Notes: a model not told the origin generated them from the letters alone. Counted from the stretch's first letter, positions 17,170 to 27,523 are shown. The stretch: 55,217 bases of DNA from Actinomycetota bacterium (GCA_016208465.1 JACQXZ010000064.1:1-55217); one strand, 5' to 3'. Program-made: numbers and translations.

Positions 17170-17949
17170 GTGCTTAAAATAGTCGTTGTTGGAGCGGCTG
17201 GAAAAATGGGAAAAGAAGTTTGTAAAGCTGTTGAAAATGATTCTGAGCTTAAGCTTGTTGGAGTGGTTGATAAAAACTTTATAAATAAAAAATTATCCGA
17301 ATTATTTGATATCAAAAGCGATTTGACTATTAGAGAAGATCTGGAAGATGTTTTAAGAACAACAAGCGCCGATGTAATGGTTGATTTTACTCATCCATCA
17401 TCTGTGATGAATAATATAAAAACCGCAATTAAGCTAAATATTCATACTGTTGTTGGAACGACTGGCCTTAGCTCTGAAAATCTTGATGAGGTAAAGTCTT
17501 TGCAAGAAAATATTAAAGCAAATGTTTTTATTGCTCCAAATTTTGCAATCGGAGCAGTTTTAATGATGAGATTAAGCGGAATAGCGGCTAAATATTTTCC
17601 AAATGTTGAAATTATTGAATTGCATCATGACCAGAAAGCCGATGCTCCATCCGGGACAGCTATTAAGACAGCCGAGATGATTGAAGCAGCGCCGGCCAAA
17701 ACAAACGAAAAAGAAACGATAAAAGGATCTCGTGGCGGGGAGTATAAAAATATTCATATTCATAGCGTCAGGCTTCCGGGACTTGTGGCGCATCAAGAGG
17801 TTATTTTTGGCGGTCAGGGTCAGACATTAAAAATTCGTCATGATTCAATTGACAGAACTTCGTTTATGCCGGGTGTAATTATGGCAATAAAAGCAGTTAA
17901 AGACCGACCCGGTCTCACTTATGGCCTCGAATGTTTGCTTGAAATTTAA
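17170..17949 (+). CDS. dapB: 4-hydroxy-tetrahydrodipicolinate reductase
   Basis: VVGAAGKMG and ELHHDQKADAPSGTA motifs; GTG start. Confidence 0.92.
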   Translation: MLKIVVVGAAGKMGKEVCKAVENDSELKLVGVVDKNFINKKLSELFDIKSDLTIREDLEDVLRTTSADVMVDFTHPSSVMNNIKTAIKLNIHTVVGTTGLSSENLDEVKSLQENIKANVFIAPNFAIGAVLMMRLSGIAAKYFPNVEIIELHHDQKADAPSGTAIKTAEMIEAAPAKTNEKETIKGSRGGEYKNIHIHSVRLPGLVAHQEVIFGGQGQTLKIRHDSIDRTSFMPGVIMAIKAVKDRPGLTYGLECLLEI

Positions 17950-17998
17950 TAATTTAAAAAAAATCGTGGGTAGAAAAAACTTTAAGTTTGAGGTTAAT

Positions 17999-18093
17999 GG
18001 GCTATAGGCAAGAGGCGATAGGTCGTAGGGGCTAGATTGAAAGTTTAAACTATTCATCCTTATTGCCGCTGACCCCTAGCCTCTCGCCCCTTT
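17999..18093. repeat. GGCTA-AGGCAAGAGGCGATAGG word hairpin
   Basis: gggctataggcaagaggcgataggtcgtaggggctag ... gctgacccctagcctctcgcccc. Confidence 0.7.
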
Positions 18094-18150
18094 GTAATTT
18101 TGAATATTAATAATTAGAGTGGTATTATAATTGAAAGGATTTTGGTTTAG

Positions 18151-18288
18151 AGAGTCACAAGTCACAGGTCACAGGTGAAGAAAAATAAGAGAAAAAAGTT
18201 GAAATCTATAACTTGTGACTTTGTGACCTATAACTTGTGACTTTGTGACCTATAACTTGTGACTTTGTGACCTATAACTTGTGACTTT
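18151..18288. repeat. GTCACAAG-word hairpin whose right arm is a perfect 22-nt tandem array (3.8 copies, 18206-18288)
   Basis: Left arm agagtcacaagtcacaggtcacagg. Right arm ctataacttgtgactttgtgac x3 plus ctataacttgtgacttt. Confidence 0.9.
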
Positions 18289-18338
18289 TAATTAGTGTAA
18301 TCTGATATTAGGAACATTATGGGAGGAGGAGAAAAATT

Positions 18339-19220
18339 ATGAGTCAGTTTGGACAGGTTCTTACAGCGATGGTGACACCTTTCAAGAAAGATAAAAGTGT
18401 TGATTATGAAAAAGCAGCAGAATTGGCTTTATATTTAATTAAAAATGGTTCAGATGGTGTGGTAGTGTCAGGGACAACCGGCGAATCACCGACTCTTTCA
18501 AAAGAAGAAAAAATAGAACTGTTTAGAATAGTTAAAAGTACGGTGGGTAGAAAAGGAAAAGTTATTGCCGGAACAGGAAATTATTGCACATCAGAGAGTA
18601 TTGAATTGACTAAAGAGGCAGAGAAAACAGGCGTTGATGGGTGCATGCTTGTTGCTCCTTATTATAATAAACCTCCCCAAAAGGGACTTATCAATCATTT
18701 TAAGGCAATTGCTGGCAGTACATCATTGCCGGTAATTCTTTACAATGTTCCTTCAAGGACGAGCTGTAATATTGAATCGTCAACAGTGATTACACTTTCT
18801 AAGATAAAAAACATTGTAGCGGTTAAAGAAGCCAGCGGAAACATGGAACAGATTTCAAAAATTGCGGCAGAGACAGGAAATAGTTTCTATGTTTACAGCG
18901 GCGACGATTCATTAACACTTCCCATACTTGCATTAGGCGGCTGTGGTGTTATAAGCGTGGCATCTCATTTCGTTGGAAAAGACATTCAAAAAATGATAAA
19001 CGCTTACAAAAAAGGTTTGTATAAAAAGGCGGCAGAAATTCATTTTCGTCTTCTGCCTTTGTTTAAAGAATTATTTGTTATGACAAATCCAATAATGGTC
19101 AAGGCTGGTTTAAATCTTATTGGTTTAAACGTAGGTGGTTTAAGACTGCCTTTGGTCGAAGCAAATAAGGATGAAGTTGTAGGACTTAAGGAGATAATAA
19201 AAAAATTAGAAATAATGTAA
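18339..19220 (+). CDS. dapA: 4-hydroxy-tetrahydrodipicolinate synthase
   Basis: SGTTGESPTL, YNVPSRT and VAVKEASG (active-site Lys region). Confidence 0.93.
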   Translation: MSQFGQVLTAMVTPFKKDKSVDYEKAAELALYLIKNGSDGVVVSGTTGESPTLSKEEKIELFRIVKSTVGRKGKVIAGTGNYCTSESIELTKEAEKTGVDGCMLVAPYYNKPPQKGLINHFKAIAGSTSLPVILYNVPSRTSCNIESSTVITLSKIKNIVAVKEASGNMEQISKIAAETGNSFYVYSGDDSLTLPILALGGCGVISVASHFVGKDIQKMINAYKKGLYKKAAEIHFRLLPLFKELFVMTNPIMVKAGLNLIGLNVGGLRLPLVEANKDEVVGLKEIIKKLEIM

Positions 19221-19353
19221 GGCGTAAGGTGTGAGGCGTAAGGCAGGTTATAGGCGATGGGTAATAGGGAATAAAGTCCGAAGCTCTAAGTCGCGAATAT
19301 GAATAGCCAAGACTGGAAGTTTCGGCTATACACGTCTTACACCTTACGTATTT
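19218..19353. repeat. GCGTAAGG-word long hairpin between dapA and rnj
   Basis: taaggcgtaaggtgtgaggcgtaaggc ... tacacgtcttacaccttacgta, then tttt. Confidence 0.75.
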
Positions 19354-19368
19354 TAAAGGAGTTGTAAT

Positions 19369-21033
19369 TTGGTTAAATCACGAAAATTAAAATTGATTCC
19401 TCTTGGAGGTTTAGGTGAAGTTGGAAAAAATATGCTGGTTGTTGAATACGGGGCAGATATAATAGTAATTGATGCAGGTTTAATGTTTCCAAGAGAAGAA
19501 ATGCTGGGCATAGATTTGGTTTTGCCTGATTTTTCATATTTAAAAAGAAATAAAGAAAGAATCTTAGCCGTTTTTTTAACTCATGGTCACGAAGATCACA
19601 TTGGCGCGCTTCCTTATTTATTGAAGGAGATAAATGTTCCAGTTTACGGAACAAAGCTAACCTTGGGACTGGCAAAAGGAAAATTAGGAGAGCACAGACT
19701 TTCAAAAAACCTAAAGTTGAGGGAGATAAAACCGGAAAATGATGTTACAATTGGCAGTTTTCGTCTTCAGTTCATAAGGGTAAATCATAGTATTCCTGAT
19801 GGGGTTGCTATTGCTATCCATACACCGGTGGGAATTGTGCTTCATTCCGGGGATTTTAAAATTGATCAGACTCCCATAGATGGCAAATTGACTGAGTTTG
19901 GAAAATTTGCTCTTCTTGCTAATCAGCAGGTGTTGGCATTTCTCTCAGACAGCACGAACGCAGAACTTCCGGGTTATACTTTGCCCGAAAGGACTGTGGG
20001 AGATACGATTGGAGAAATATTTGAAAAAACACAAAATCGCATTATTGCTGCCTGCTTTGCTTCTCATATTCACAGGATTCAGCAGATAATTGATGCCGCT
20101 GGGAAAAACAACCGTAAAGTTGCAATTTGCGGGCGGAGTATGGTGGATAATGTAAATATTGCGTCAAAGTTGGGCTATCTTAATATCCCGAGTGACTTAA
20201 CGATTGATACGCATGAGATTGTTAATCTTCCTTTATCAAAAGTAGTTGTTCTTTGCACAGGAAGTCAAGGCGAGCCGCTTTCCGCGTTAACGCGAATGGC
20301 ATCCAGAAACCATAAACACGTAGAGATTACCAAAGGCGATTCGGTAATTATTTCTGCGACACCGGTACCGGGAAACGAAAAAGCGGTTCAACGAACAATC
20401 GATCAGCTTTTCAGATGCGGCGCAGAAGTTTATTACGAGTCCATTTCTGATGTTCATGTTTCAGGTCATGCCGCCAAGGAAGAGTTAAAGTTGATGCTTA
20501 ATCTTATTCGTCCGAAATATTTTATTCCTATTCACGGTGAACACAGACATTTACAGCATCATGCGGCACTGGCCAGAGAACTAGGCGTTTCAGAAGAGAA
20601 TATATTTATTCTGGAGAATGGTGATGTTGTTCAGATTGATAAAAAAACCGCTGAGGTGAAAACCAAGGTTACTGCCGGGGATGTTTTTGTTGATGGGCTG
20701 GGCGTTGGAGATATAGGCGATGTGGTATTAAGAGATCGCCAGCAATTATCTCAGGATGGAATATTTGTTGTAGTAGCTACAATTAACAGGCAGACCTGCG
20801 AAGTTGTGGCTGGCCCTGATATAGTTTCCCGTGGTTTTGTCTATATGAGAGAATCGGGTGAGTTGATTAATGAAGCGCGGGAAAAAGTGCGGCAGGCTCT
20901 GGAAGAAGCGGCATCAGAGGAAATTACAGACTGGGCGGTCTTAAGGTCTCGGGTGAGGAATGTTTTAAGTAAATATTTGTACGAAAAAACACGCCGCCGT
21001 CCAATGATTGTACCTGTAATAATGGAGTTTTAA
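19369..21033 (+). CDS. rnj: ribonuclease J
   Basis: Metallo-beta-lactamase HGHEDHIG, beta-CASP and C-terminal domain; 554 aa. Confidence 0.92.
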   Translation: MVKSRKLKLIPLGGLGEVGKNMLVVEYGADIIVIDAGLMFPREEMLGIDLVLPDFSYLKRNKERILAVFLTHGHEDHIGALPYLLKEINVPVYGTKLTLGLAKGKLGEHRLSKNLKLREIKPENDVTIGSFRLQFIRVNHSIPDGVAIAIHTPVGIVLHSGDFKIDQTPIDGKLTEFGKFALLANQQVLAFLSDSTNAELPGYTLPERTVGDTIGEIFEKTQNRIIAACFASHIHRIQQIIDAAGKNNRKVAICGRSMVDNVNIASKLGYLNIPSDLTIDTHEIVNLPLSKVVVLCTGSQGEPLSALTRMASRNHKHVEITKGDSVIISATPVPGNEKAVQRTIDQLFRCGAEVYYESISDVHVSGHAAKEELKLMLNLIRPKYFIPIHGEHRHLQHHAALARELGVSEENIFILENGDVVQIDKKTAEVKTKVTAGDVFVDGLGVGDIGDVVLRDRQQLSQDGIFVVVATINRQTCEVVAGPDIVSRGFVYMRESGELINEAREKVRQALEEAASEEITDWAVLRSRVRNVLSKYLYEKTRRRPMIVPVIMEF

Positions 21034-21034
21034 G

Positions 21035-21092
21035 GGACAGAATACAGAATACAGAAAGTCTGACTTCTGGCACCTGTCTTCTGTGCTCTGAT
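21035..21092. repeat. CAGAATACAGAA-word hairpin downstream of rnj
   Basis: ggacagaatacagaatacagaaag ... cttctggcacctgtcttctgtgctctg. Confidence 0.7.
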
Positions 21093-21110
21093 TTAAAGGA
21101 GGAATCGACG

Positions 21111-21563
21111 ATGAAAATCGGAGAAATAATGACAAAAACTATCTATACAGCTAGTCCAGACGATTCAATCAAAAAAATTGTGGAACTTATTTATGGATAC
21201 AGAATTAGTGGTGTTCCGGTTGTAAACAGCAAGGGAGAGCCAGTTGGTATTATATCAGAAAAAGATATTCTCAAAGCGATTTATCCCACTTATGGGGAGT
21301 TTCACGAAGATTTGTTTCGGAATATGGATTTTGAAGAAATGGAAAAACGATACAATGATGTTACAAATTTAAAGGCATTAGATTTAATGACAAAAGATGT
21401 GATTTCTGTCTCACCAGATGCGCCAGCGCTGAAGGTTGCCTCATTGATGTTATTGGAGAAGATTCGCCGGGTTCTGGTAGTTGAAAACAAGAAACTAGTA
21501 GGCATTGTTAGTCAGGGTGATATTCATCAGGCTGTTTTTAAAAAGGAAATTCTTGGTTTTTAA
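21111..21563 (+). CDS. CBS-pair domain protein
   Basis: Two CBS repeats (ISGVPVV..., RRVLVVENKKLVGIVSQGDI). Confidence 0.8.
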   Translation: MKIGEIMTKTIYTASPDDSIKKIVELIYGYRISGVPVVNSKGEPVGIISEKDILKAIYPTYGEFHEDLFRNMDFEEMEKRYNDVTNLKALDLMTKDVISVSPDAPALKVASLMLLEKIRRVLVVENKKLVGIVSQGDIHQAVFKKEILGF

Positions 21564-21596
21564 AATAGATTTATTACATAAACAAAGGGGAAATTA

Positions 21597-22409
21597 TTGA
21601 CTCTTTTTCAATCAATATTTTTGGGATTTGTCCAAGGGTTAAGTGAATTTGCACCAATAAGCAGTTCTGCGCATCTCGTGCTTATCCCCCGACTTCTAAA
21701 CTGGCCTCTTCCTTCAATTGGTTTTGATTTAATCCTTCATTTAGGAACTCTGGTTGCTGTAATTGTTTATTTTAAAAGCGATTTAAGGGTTTTAATTGCT
21801 GCGCTTTTTAATATATTAAAGAAAAGGCAGATAGGTGAAGATTCAACAGAAAAGTTAGTCTTGTTTCTTTTTAGCGGGACACTTTTAACTTCAGTTATTG
21901 CATACATTTTTAAAAGTGAATTTGAAAAGCTTTTTGAAAGACCATTTCTGGTTGCGTCACTTTTACTTATAACAGGTATTTTACTCTGGTTGAGTGAAAG
22001 AATTGGCAGGCAGGAAAAAGCATTAAAAAGAATGAATATTATTGATAGCCTGGTAATTGGATTAGCTCAGGGATTTGCTGTTGCCCCGGGAATTTCGCGT
22101 TCCGGAGCAACGATTTCCGCTGGATTATTCAGAGGTTTAAGTAGAGAAGAATCCGCAAGATTTTCTTTTTTGCTGTCAATACCAATAATTTCTATTGCCG
22201 CCCTTGACAGGTTGGGTGAATTTTTAAGAGTGTTAAATGGAGATGGCTGGATAAATTATCTGGCTGGTTTTATAGCGTCTGCAATAGCAGGTTATTTGTG
22301 CATTAAGTTTTTGCTTAAATATTTGCAGAAAAGAAAACTTGATGTTTTTGCGTTTTATTGTTGGTTTTTAGGGATAGGATTTATTTTGGTTAAGTCGTTT
22401 TGGCACTAA
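21597..22409 (+). CDS. uppP: undecaprenyl-diphosphate phosphatase
   Basis: BacA/UppP-like multi-TM protein (SEFAPISSSAHL, PGISRSGATI); TTG start. Confidence 0.9.
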   Translation: MTLFQSIFLGFVQGLSEFAPISSSAHLVLIPRLLNWPLPSIGFDLILHLGTLVAVIVYFKSDLRVLIAALFNILKKRQIGEDSTEKLVLFLFSGTLLTSVIAYIFKSEFEKLFERPFLVASLLLITGILLWLSERIGRQEKALKRMNIIDSLVIGLAQGFAVAPGISRSGATISAGLFRGLSREESARFSFLLSIPIISIAALDRLGEFLRVLNGDGWINYLAGFIASAIAGYLCIKFLLKYLQKRKLDVFAFYCWFLGIGFILVKSFWH

Positions 22410-22414
22410 AGTGT

Positions 22415-22645
22415 AAATAACAAATAACAAGCACCAAATACCAAATAAATTCCAATGAACAAAATTCAAAAATCCAAAACTGACAGCTATGCTGTCATTC
22501 TGAGCGAAGCGAAGAATCTTCAAAAACATCTCTCCAGGAGATCCTTCGTCGCAAGCTCCTCAGGATGACATTTCATGTCAGTTTGAATTATTTGGACATT
22601 GGAAATTGGAGCTTATTTGTAATTTGGATATTGTAATTTGGGATT
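22415..22645. repeat. composite palindromic Element B, copy 2
   Basis: See 11402-11613. Core is 22480-22583; arms aaataacaaataacaagcaccaaat / attggaaattggagcttatttgtaatttgg. Confidence 0.88.
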
Positions 22646-22667
22646 TATTAAGAGAGGGTCCATCAAA

Positions 22668-24833
22668 ATGGGTAAAAATTCAAAAAAAACAAGTAATAAA
22701 AAATTATCGCTTTATAATCTTTTAGGGGATATTTACGGAGTAGCTCTAATAATTTTTGCCTTGTTTTTAATTATTAGCACGTTTAGTAGCGCCACGGGTA
22801 TTGTTGGAAGTTATACCGATTTGTCTCTTGGGGTTTCAGTAGGGTTTGGACGTTATTTAATTTCGTTGTTTATTCTTATCTGGGGCATAACCTTTATTAT
22901 TAAGCGCCCAGACGTTGATACTTTTACCTCAGGTTTAGGTTTAGCTATTTGTTTTTTAAGTTTAATTGCAATTATTCACCTTAATGTACCGACAGAAAAA
23001 AATTTTGATTTAGAGCTGAGTAAAGAATATGGAGGAGTTATAGGAGCAGGTATTGATTATGTGTTGCGGAGCCTGACAGGACAAGCAGGTTCTTATCTGA
23101 TATTATCGGGTCTTTTGGTATTAGGTGTTTTAATTGCTTCAAATATATCACTGGTAGATTTATTTTCTCGTTTGTGGTCTTGGGTTTGTGAATTAAGAGA
23201 AAAACGAAAAGCATCTAAAGCTGAGAAGAAAGAAGAAAAAACTTATGAAAAAGAAAGCAAACGGCCGGTAATAATTGACGTAAATGGAGCCAAGAAATCA
23301 GGAGAAATTTCTTTAAAAAATATATTGCCTGAAAAAGGCGCTACTGAAGAGATTCAGGAAGCCAAAACGCCGCCAAAGATACCATCGGCAGAAGATAAAT
23401 ATATTCTTCCTCCTTTAACTTTGCTTAAAAAGGGTATTTCATCATCTGGTTTAAGCCGCAAGAGTATAAACGAAAGCATTAAAATTCTCGAACAGACATT
23501 GGAAAACTTTGATGTTGACGCAAAAGTTTCAAAGGTTATAAAAGGACCGACAGTTACCAGATTTGAAATTCAGCTTGCTTCTGGTGTCAAGGTAAACAAA
23601 ATATCAAGCTTGTCAGATGATATTTCCTTGGCGCTGGCAACTCCTGATGTTCGTATTTTAACTCCTATCCCCGGCAAATCAGCAGTTGGCATAGAGGCAC
23701 CCAACAAACAAAAAGATGCTGTTACATTGGGGGATATTCTGGACACAGATGAAGCCAAAAAATCCGCTAGCACATTAACAATTGCTATTGGCAAGGATAT
23801 TGCGGGCCAGCCGGTTTTAGCTGATTTGGGAGATATGCCTCATTTATTAATCGCAGGAGCAACAGGATCGGGTAAAAGTGTTTGCATAAACAGTATTTTA
23901 ACTTCTCTTTTAATGCGGGGGCATCCTGATCAGTTAAAATTTATTCTGATTGATCCTAAAAGAATTGAATTAAATTTATTTAACAATTTACCCCATTTGT
24001 TGATTCCGGTAATAGCAGATATAAAACGCGCTCCAACAGCGCTTGGCTGGGCTGTTCATGAAATGGAAGAGCGGTTTAAATTGTTAGCCGGGGTGGGGGT
24101 AAGAAACATAGATTCATACAACAAGGTTTTAAACAGTAAGAGAAGCAAGGAGTTTGATGGTTTTGAGCCGCTTTCCTATATTGTGATAATAATTGATGAA
24201 TTGGCAGATCTTATGATGGTTGCCGCTTCAGAGGTAGAAGATATGATTTGTCGGTTAGCTCAGCTTGCCAGAGCGGTTGGGATTCATCTTATTGTTGCTA
24301 CCCAAAGACCTTCTGTCGATGTAATTACAGGTCTTATTAAGGCAAATATTACTTCCAGAATTGCGTTTTCTGTTTCTTCCCAAATGGATTCAAGAGTTAT
24401 TCTGGATACAGCAGGCGCTGAAAAATTGATTGGTAAAGGTGATATGTTGTTTAGTGGACCCGGCGCATCCAAACCAAGAAGAATACAAGGAGCAATGGTT
24501 GGCGAGGATGAAATAGAGGCAGTAACTAAATTTATAAGGAATCAAAGAGAAGCAGATTATAGAAAAGAAATTTTAGAGAACAGCAAGTCTAGGATTTCTC
24601 ATGGCGATTTTCATGACGATTTGCTCGATCAGGCGATGGAGCTGGTAATATTAACCGGTCAGGCATCAATTTCAATGCTCCAGAGACGTCTTCATGTAGG
24701 CTACAGCAGGGCAGCGCGTTTGGTTGATATGCTTGAGGAAAAAGGAGTTATTGGCGGACATGAAGGCAGTAAGCCGCGGGCGGTTTTAATGACTATGGAT
24801 GATTTTGAAATTCTAAAAAATCGGGAGGATTAA
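22668..24833 (+). CDS. ftsK: DNA translocase FtsK/SpoIIIE
   Basis: N-terminal TM helices, Walker A GATGSGKS, Walker B IIIDELADL, C-terminal gamma wHTH. ATG 22668; the track TTG 22638 lies in a repeat. Confidence 0.92.
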   Translation: MGKNSKKTSNKKLSLYNLLGDIYGVALIIFALFLIISTFSSATGIVGSYTDLSLGVSVGFGRYLISLFILIWGITFIIKRPDVDTFTSGLGLAICFLSLIAIIHLNVPTEKNFDLELSKEYGGVIGAGIDYVLRSLTGQAGSYLILSGLLVLGVLIASNISLVDLFSRLWSWVCELREKRKASKAEKKEEKTYEKESKRPVIIDVNGAKKSGEISLKNILPEKGATEEIQEAKTPPKIPSAEDKYILPPLTLLKKGISSSGLSRKSINESIKILEQTLENFDVDAKVSKVIKGPTVTRFEIQLASGVKVNKISSLSDDISLALATPDVRILTPIPGKSAVGIEAPNKQKDAVTLGDILDTDEAKKSASTLTIAIGKDIAGQPVLADLGDMPHLLIAGATGSGKSVCINSILTSLLMRGHPDQLKFILIDPKRIELNLFNNLPHLLIPVIADIKRAPTALGWAVHEMEERFKLLAGVGVRNIDSYNKVLNSKRSKEFDGFEPLSYIVIIIDELADLMMVAASEVEDMICRLAQLARAVGIHLIVATQRPSVDVITGLIKANITSRIAFSVSSQMDSRVILDTAGAEKLIGKGDMLFSGPGASKPRRIQGAMVGEDEIEAVTKFIRNQREADYRKEILENSKSRISHGDFHDDLLDQAMELVILTGQASISMLQRRLHVGYSRAARLVDMLEEKGVIGGHEGSKPRAVLMTMDDFEILKNRED

Positions 24834-24835
24834 AA

Positions 24836-25327
24836 TTGGCAAAAGAAAGTTCTTTTGATATAGTTTCTCAGGTTAATTTTCAGGAAGTTGACAATGCAGT
24901 TAATCAGACTAAAAAGGAAATCCAGACCAGATACGATTTCAAAAATACAGACAGTATGATTGTTTTTGAAGCAGAAGAAATTGAGATTTTGACATCCGAT
25001 GAATACAAGTTGAAAAGCATAATTGATGTGCTTCAGTCTAAGATGGTAAAACGAGATGTTTCTCTTAAAAGTCTTGACTATGGAAAAGTTGAAGAAGCTG
25101 CCAAAGGAAGAGTAAGACAAAAAATAGGCATAGTTTCGGGAGTTTCTTCCGAAAAGGCAAGGGAGATAAATAAATTCATAAAGACTTTGGGGATAAAGGT
25201 TAACACTCAGGTTGAGGGAGACAAAGTAAGAGTAAGCGGAAAAAATAAGGATGATATTCAGGCTGTAATTAAGAATATAAAAGAAAAAGATTTTGGAATT
25301 CCCTTGCAGTTTATTAATTATAGATGA
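24836..25327 (+). CDS. yajQ: YajQ family (DUF520) nucleotide / cyclic-di-GMP-binding protein
   Basis: 163 aa, SFDIVS...QTRYDFK signature; TTG start. Confidence 0.85.
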   Translation: MAKESSFDIVSQVNFQEVDNAVNQTKKEIQTRYDFKNTDSMIVFEAEEIEILTSDEYKLKSIIDVLQSKMVKRDVSLKSLDYGKVEEAAKGRVRQKIGIVSGVSSEKAREINKFIKTLGIKVNTQVEGDKVRVSGKNKDDIQAVIKNIKEKDFGIPLQFINYR

Positions 25328-25330
25328 AGA

Positions 25331-25492
25331 TGGGCTAGCGGCAAGAGGCGATGGGCGAAGAATAAAAATCAAAATGAAAAAGTCAAAAATTAAAATGACA
25401 AATTAAAATTTAAAAATGACCCCAAAGGATGCATTGTAATTTTTTCATTTTAATATGTATTTTTGATTTTTTAATCTTTGATTTTTGATTTA
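25331..25492. repeat. GGCTAGCGGCAAGAGGCGATGGG word plus an AT-rich long hairpin
   Basis: gggctagcggcaagaggcgatgggcg, then aaaatcaaaatgaaaaagtcaaaaatt ... cattgtaattttttcattttaatatgtatttttgatttt. Confidence 0.75.
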
Positions 25493-25528
25493 AAATAAGT
25501 ATTAACTTAAGTCATCTTAGAGAATAAA

Positions 25529-26878
25529 ATGAATCAAATACAAAATATAAAAATTCTAATGGTTACTCTTGGCTGTGCTAAAAATACAGTTGAGAGTGAA
25601 TACATTGAGGGTTATTTAAAAAATAAAAATTTAAAAATTATTTCAGAACCCCAAGACGCAGATGTAATTATTGTAAACACCTGCGGTTTTATAGAAATAG
25701 CCAAACAAGAAGCCATCGATACAATTTTAGAATTAACGGAATACAAAAATAACGGCAGGTGTAAAGCTTTAATTGCCGCGGGTTGTCTTGCTCAGAGGTA
25801 TCCGGACGAATTGTTAAAAGAAATGCCGGAAATTGACGCAGTGGTTGGCATCCTGAAAGCAGATGTTTTTGATGTTGTGATAAAGGAAGTTTTAAACGGA
25901 AAGCGAATCAAAAACGTTGATTCTAATCCATCTACAATCAGCCCGAGTGAATTCAGAAATATAAATAAAAATCCATCCGCATATCTTCAAATTTCAGATG
26001 GATGCAATAATTTTTGTTCTTTTTGCGCAATTCCATTCATCAGAGGAAGATATAGAAGCAAATCAATTGAGTCTTTGGTTAACGAGGCTGAAACTCTGGT
26101 CAAAAATGGCGTTAAAGAAATTTGTTTGATTGGTCAGGATATTACAAAATATGGAATTGACTTAAACAACGGTTCAAATCTTATAAGCTTACTTAATTCT
26201 CTCCTGAAGATTCCAAAAATAGAGTGGATTCGGCTGCTTTATCTCCAACCAGAAGGTATCTCTGATGAATTAATTCAATCAATAACAGATAATGAAAAAA
26301 TTTGTAATTATCTGGATATTCCATTTCAGCATGCCAGTCCAAAAATCCTTAAAATGATGAAACGATGGGGCACAGGAAAGGATTATCTTGCTCTTATCTC
26401 GAAATTAAGAAAAAAGATTCCTGATTTAGCAATCAGAACTTCGATTATTGTGGGTTTTCCCGGCGAAACAGAAGGTGATTTTAAAGAATTGGTTTCTTTT
26501 ATAAAAGAGGCAGAATTTGATTACGCTGGCATATTTCAGTATTCAAAAGAAGAAGACACGGCCGCGGCTTTATATCCAAATCACACAACAGCCAAGTTGA
26601 AACAATATCGATATGATCAAATCAGGGCGATTGCTGATTCTATATCCTTTAAAATCAATGAATCTTTGATAAATAAGACATTTAATGTTTTGATAGAAAA
26701 GGTTTCTTGTGAAGGAGGCTTTGATTGCGAGGGAAGAATCTTCAGACAAGCGCCAGAAGTTGATGGCAGTGTTTTAATAAAAAGCTTTAAAGATAAAAGT
26801 TTAAAAATAGGCAATTTTGTTAAGATTAAAATAAAATCAACAGAGAATTATGATTTTTTGGGAGAAATTAATGCCTAA
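25529..26878 (+). CDS. rimO: ribosomal protein S12 methylthiotransferase RimO
   Basis: MTTase N-domain cysteines, radical SAM CNNFCSFC, C-terminal TRAM. Confidence 0.88.
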   Translation: MNQIQNIKILMVTLGCAKNTVESEYIEGYLKNKNLKIISEPQDADVIIVNTCGFIEIAKQEAIDTILELTEYKNNGRCKALIAAGCLAQRYPDELLKEMPEIDAVVGILKADVFDVVIKEVLNGKRIKNVDSNPSTISPSEFRNINKNPSAYLQISDGCNNFCSFCAIPFIRGRYRSKSIESLVNEAETLVKNGVKEICLIGQDITKYGIDLNNGSNLISLLNSLLKIPKIEWIRLLYLQPEGISDELIQSITDNEKICNYLDIPFQHASPKILKMMKRWGTGKDYLALISKLRKKIPDLAIRTSIIVGFPGETEGDFKELVSFIKEAEFDYAGIFQYSKEEDTAAALYPNHTTAKLKQYRYDQIRAIADSISFKINESLINKTFNVLIEKVSCEGGFDCEGRIFRQAPEVDGSVLIKSFKDKSLKIGNFVKIKIKSTENYDFLGEINA

Positions 26879-27419
26879 TTTGGCTAACAGAATCACAATT
26901 ACGCGGATTCTTTTAATACCAGTCTTTATGTTTTTTATTTTACTTAAATCCATTCAGCCTGTTGGTTCATACATTGCGGCATTTATTTTTACCATTGCAG
27001 CAATTACAGACAGCGTTGATGGGTATATAGCAAGGGTTCAGAATAAAATTACTCTTTTTGGTCAATTTCTGGATCCGGTTGCTGACAAACTTTTGATTTC
27101 TGCCGCGCTTGTTTCCCTCGTAGATTTAAATTATCTTTCAGGATGGGTAGCGATGATAATTATTGCAAGAGAATTTACGGTTTCAGGCTTAAGACTAGTC
27201 GCGATGGGCGAAAATAAAATTATCGAAGTTTCTGCACTGGGAAAAATAAAAACAATCTTTCAGGTCATAGCAATAATAGTTTATATCTTAAAACCTTTCT
27301 TTTATGTTAAAAATGTTTCAATAGCAGACGGTTTAATGTTCATAGCAGTTCTTTTAACAGTGATTTCCGGGATTGATTATCTGATTAAAGCAAGGCATAT
27401 TATTTTGCCTGAGGGATGA
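26871..27419 (+). CDS. pgsA: CDP-diacylglycerol--glycerol-3-phosphate 3-phosphatidyltransferase
   Basis: CDP-alcohol phosphotransferase motif DGYIARVQNKITLFGQFLDPVADK. ATG 26871 overlaps the rimO stop. Confidence 0.9.
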   Translation: MPNLANRITITRILLIPVFMFFILLKSIQPVGSYIAAFIFTIAAITDSVDGYIARVQNKITLFGQFLDPVADKLLISAALVSLVDLNYLSGWVAMIIIAREFTVSGLRLVAMGENKIIEVSALGKIKTIFQVIAIIVYILKPFFYVKNVSIADGLMFIAVLLTVISGIDYLIKARHIILPEG

Positions 27420-27426
27420 GGATAGA

Positions 27427-27480
27427 GGACAGCCGAGACGGCTGTTCTACCGGGCCGTAGGTCAGGCGTCCCGCCTGACA
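27427..27480. repeat. GACAG-CGAGACG-CTGTCCTAC type REP-like hairpins upstream of the truncated cinA
   Basis: ggacagccgagacggctgttctac and gtaggtcaggcgtcccgcctgac. A relative occurs at 36200-36225. Confidence 0.75.
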
Positions 27481-27523
27481 ATTTTCATATTCTTTGTTTC
27501 TCCGATAAAAGAGGAAAACGAGT

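Noticed and set aside
18206-18288. Possible CRISPR array
   Set aside because: The 22-nt units are directly tandem with no spacers. They belong to the GTCACAAG repeat family, and no cas genes are nearby.
17950-18338. Lysine (L-box) riboswitch upstream of dapA
   Set aside because: I could not trace the conserved L-box helices or core. The interval is accounted for by repeat hairpins and the tandem array.
24830-25372. 180-aa minus-strand ORF
   Set aside because: It is fully antisense to the well-supported yajQ gene. The sequence is low-complexity and Ile/Phe/Asn-rich, as expected from an AT-rich antisense frame. It has no recognisable motif.
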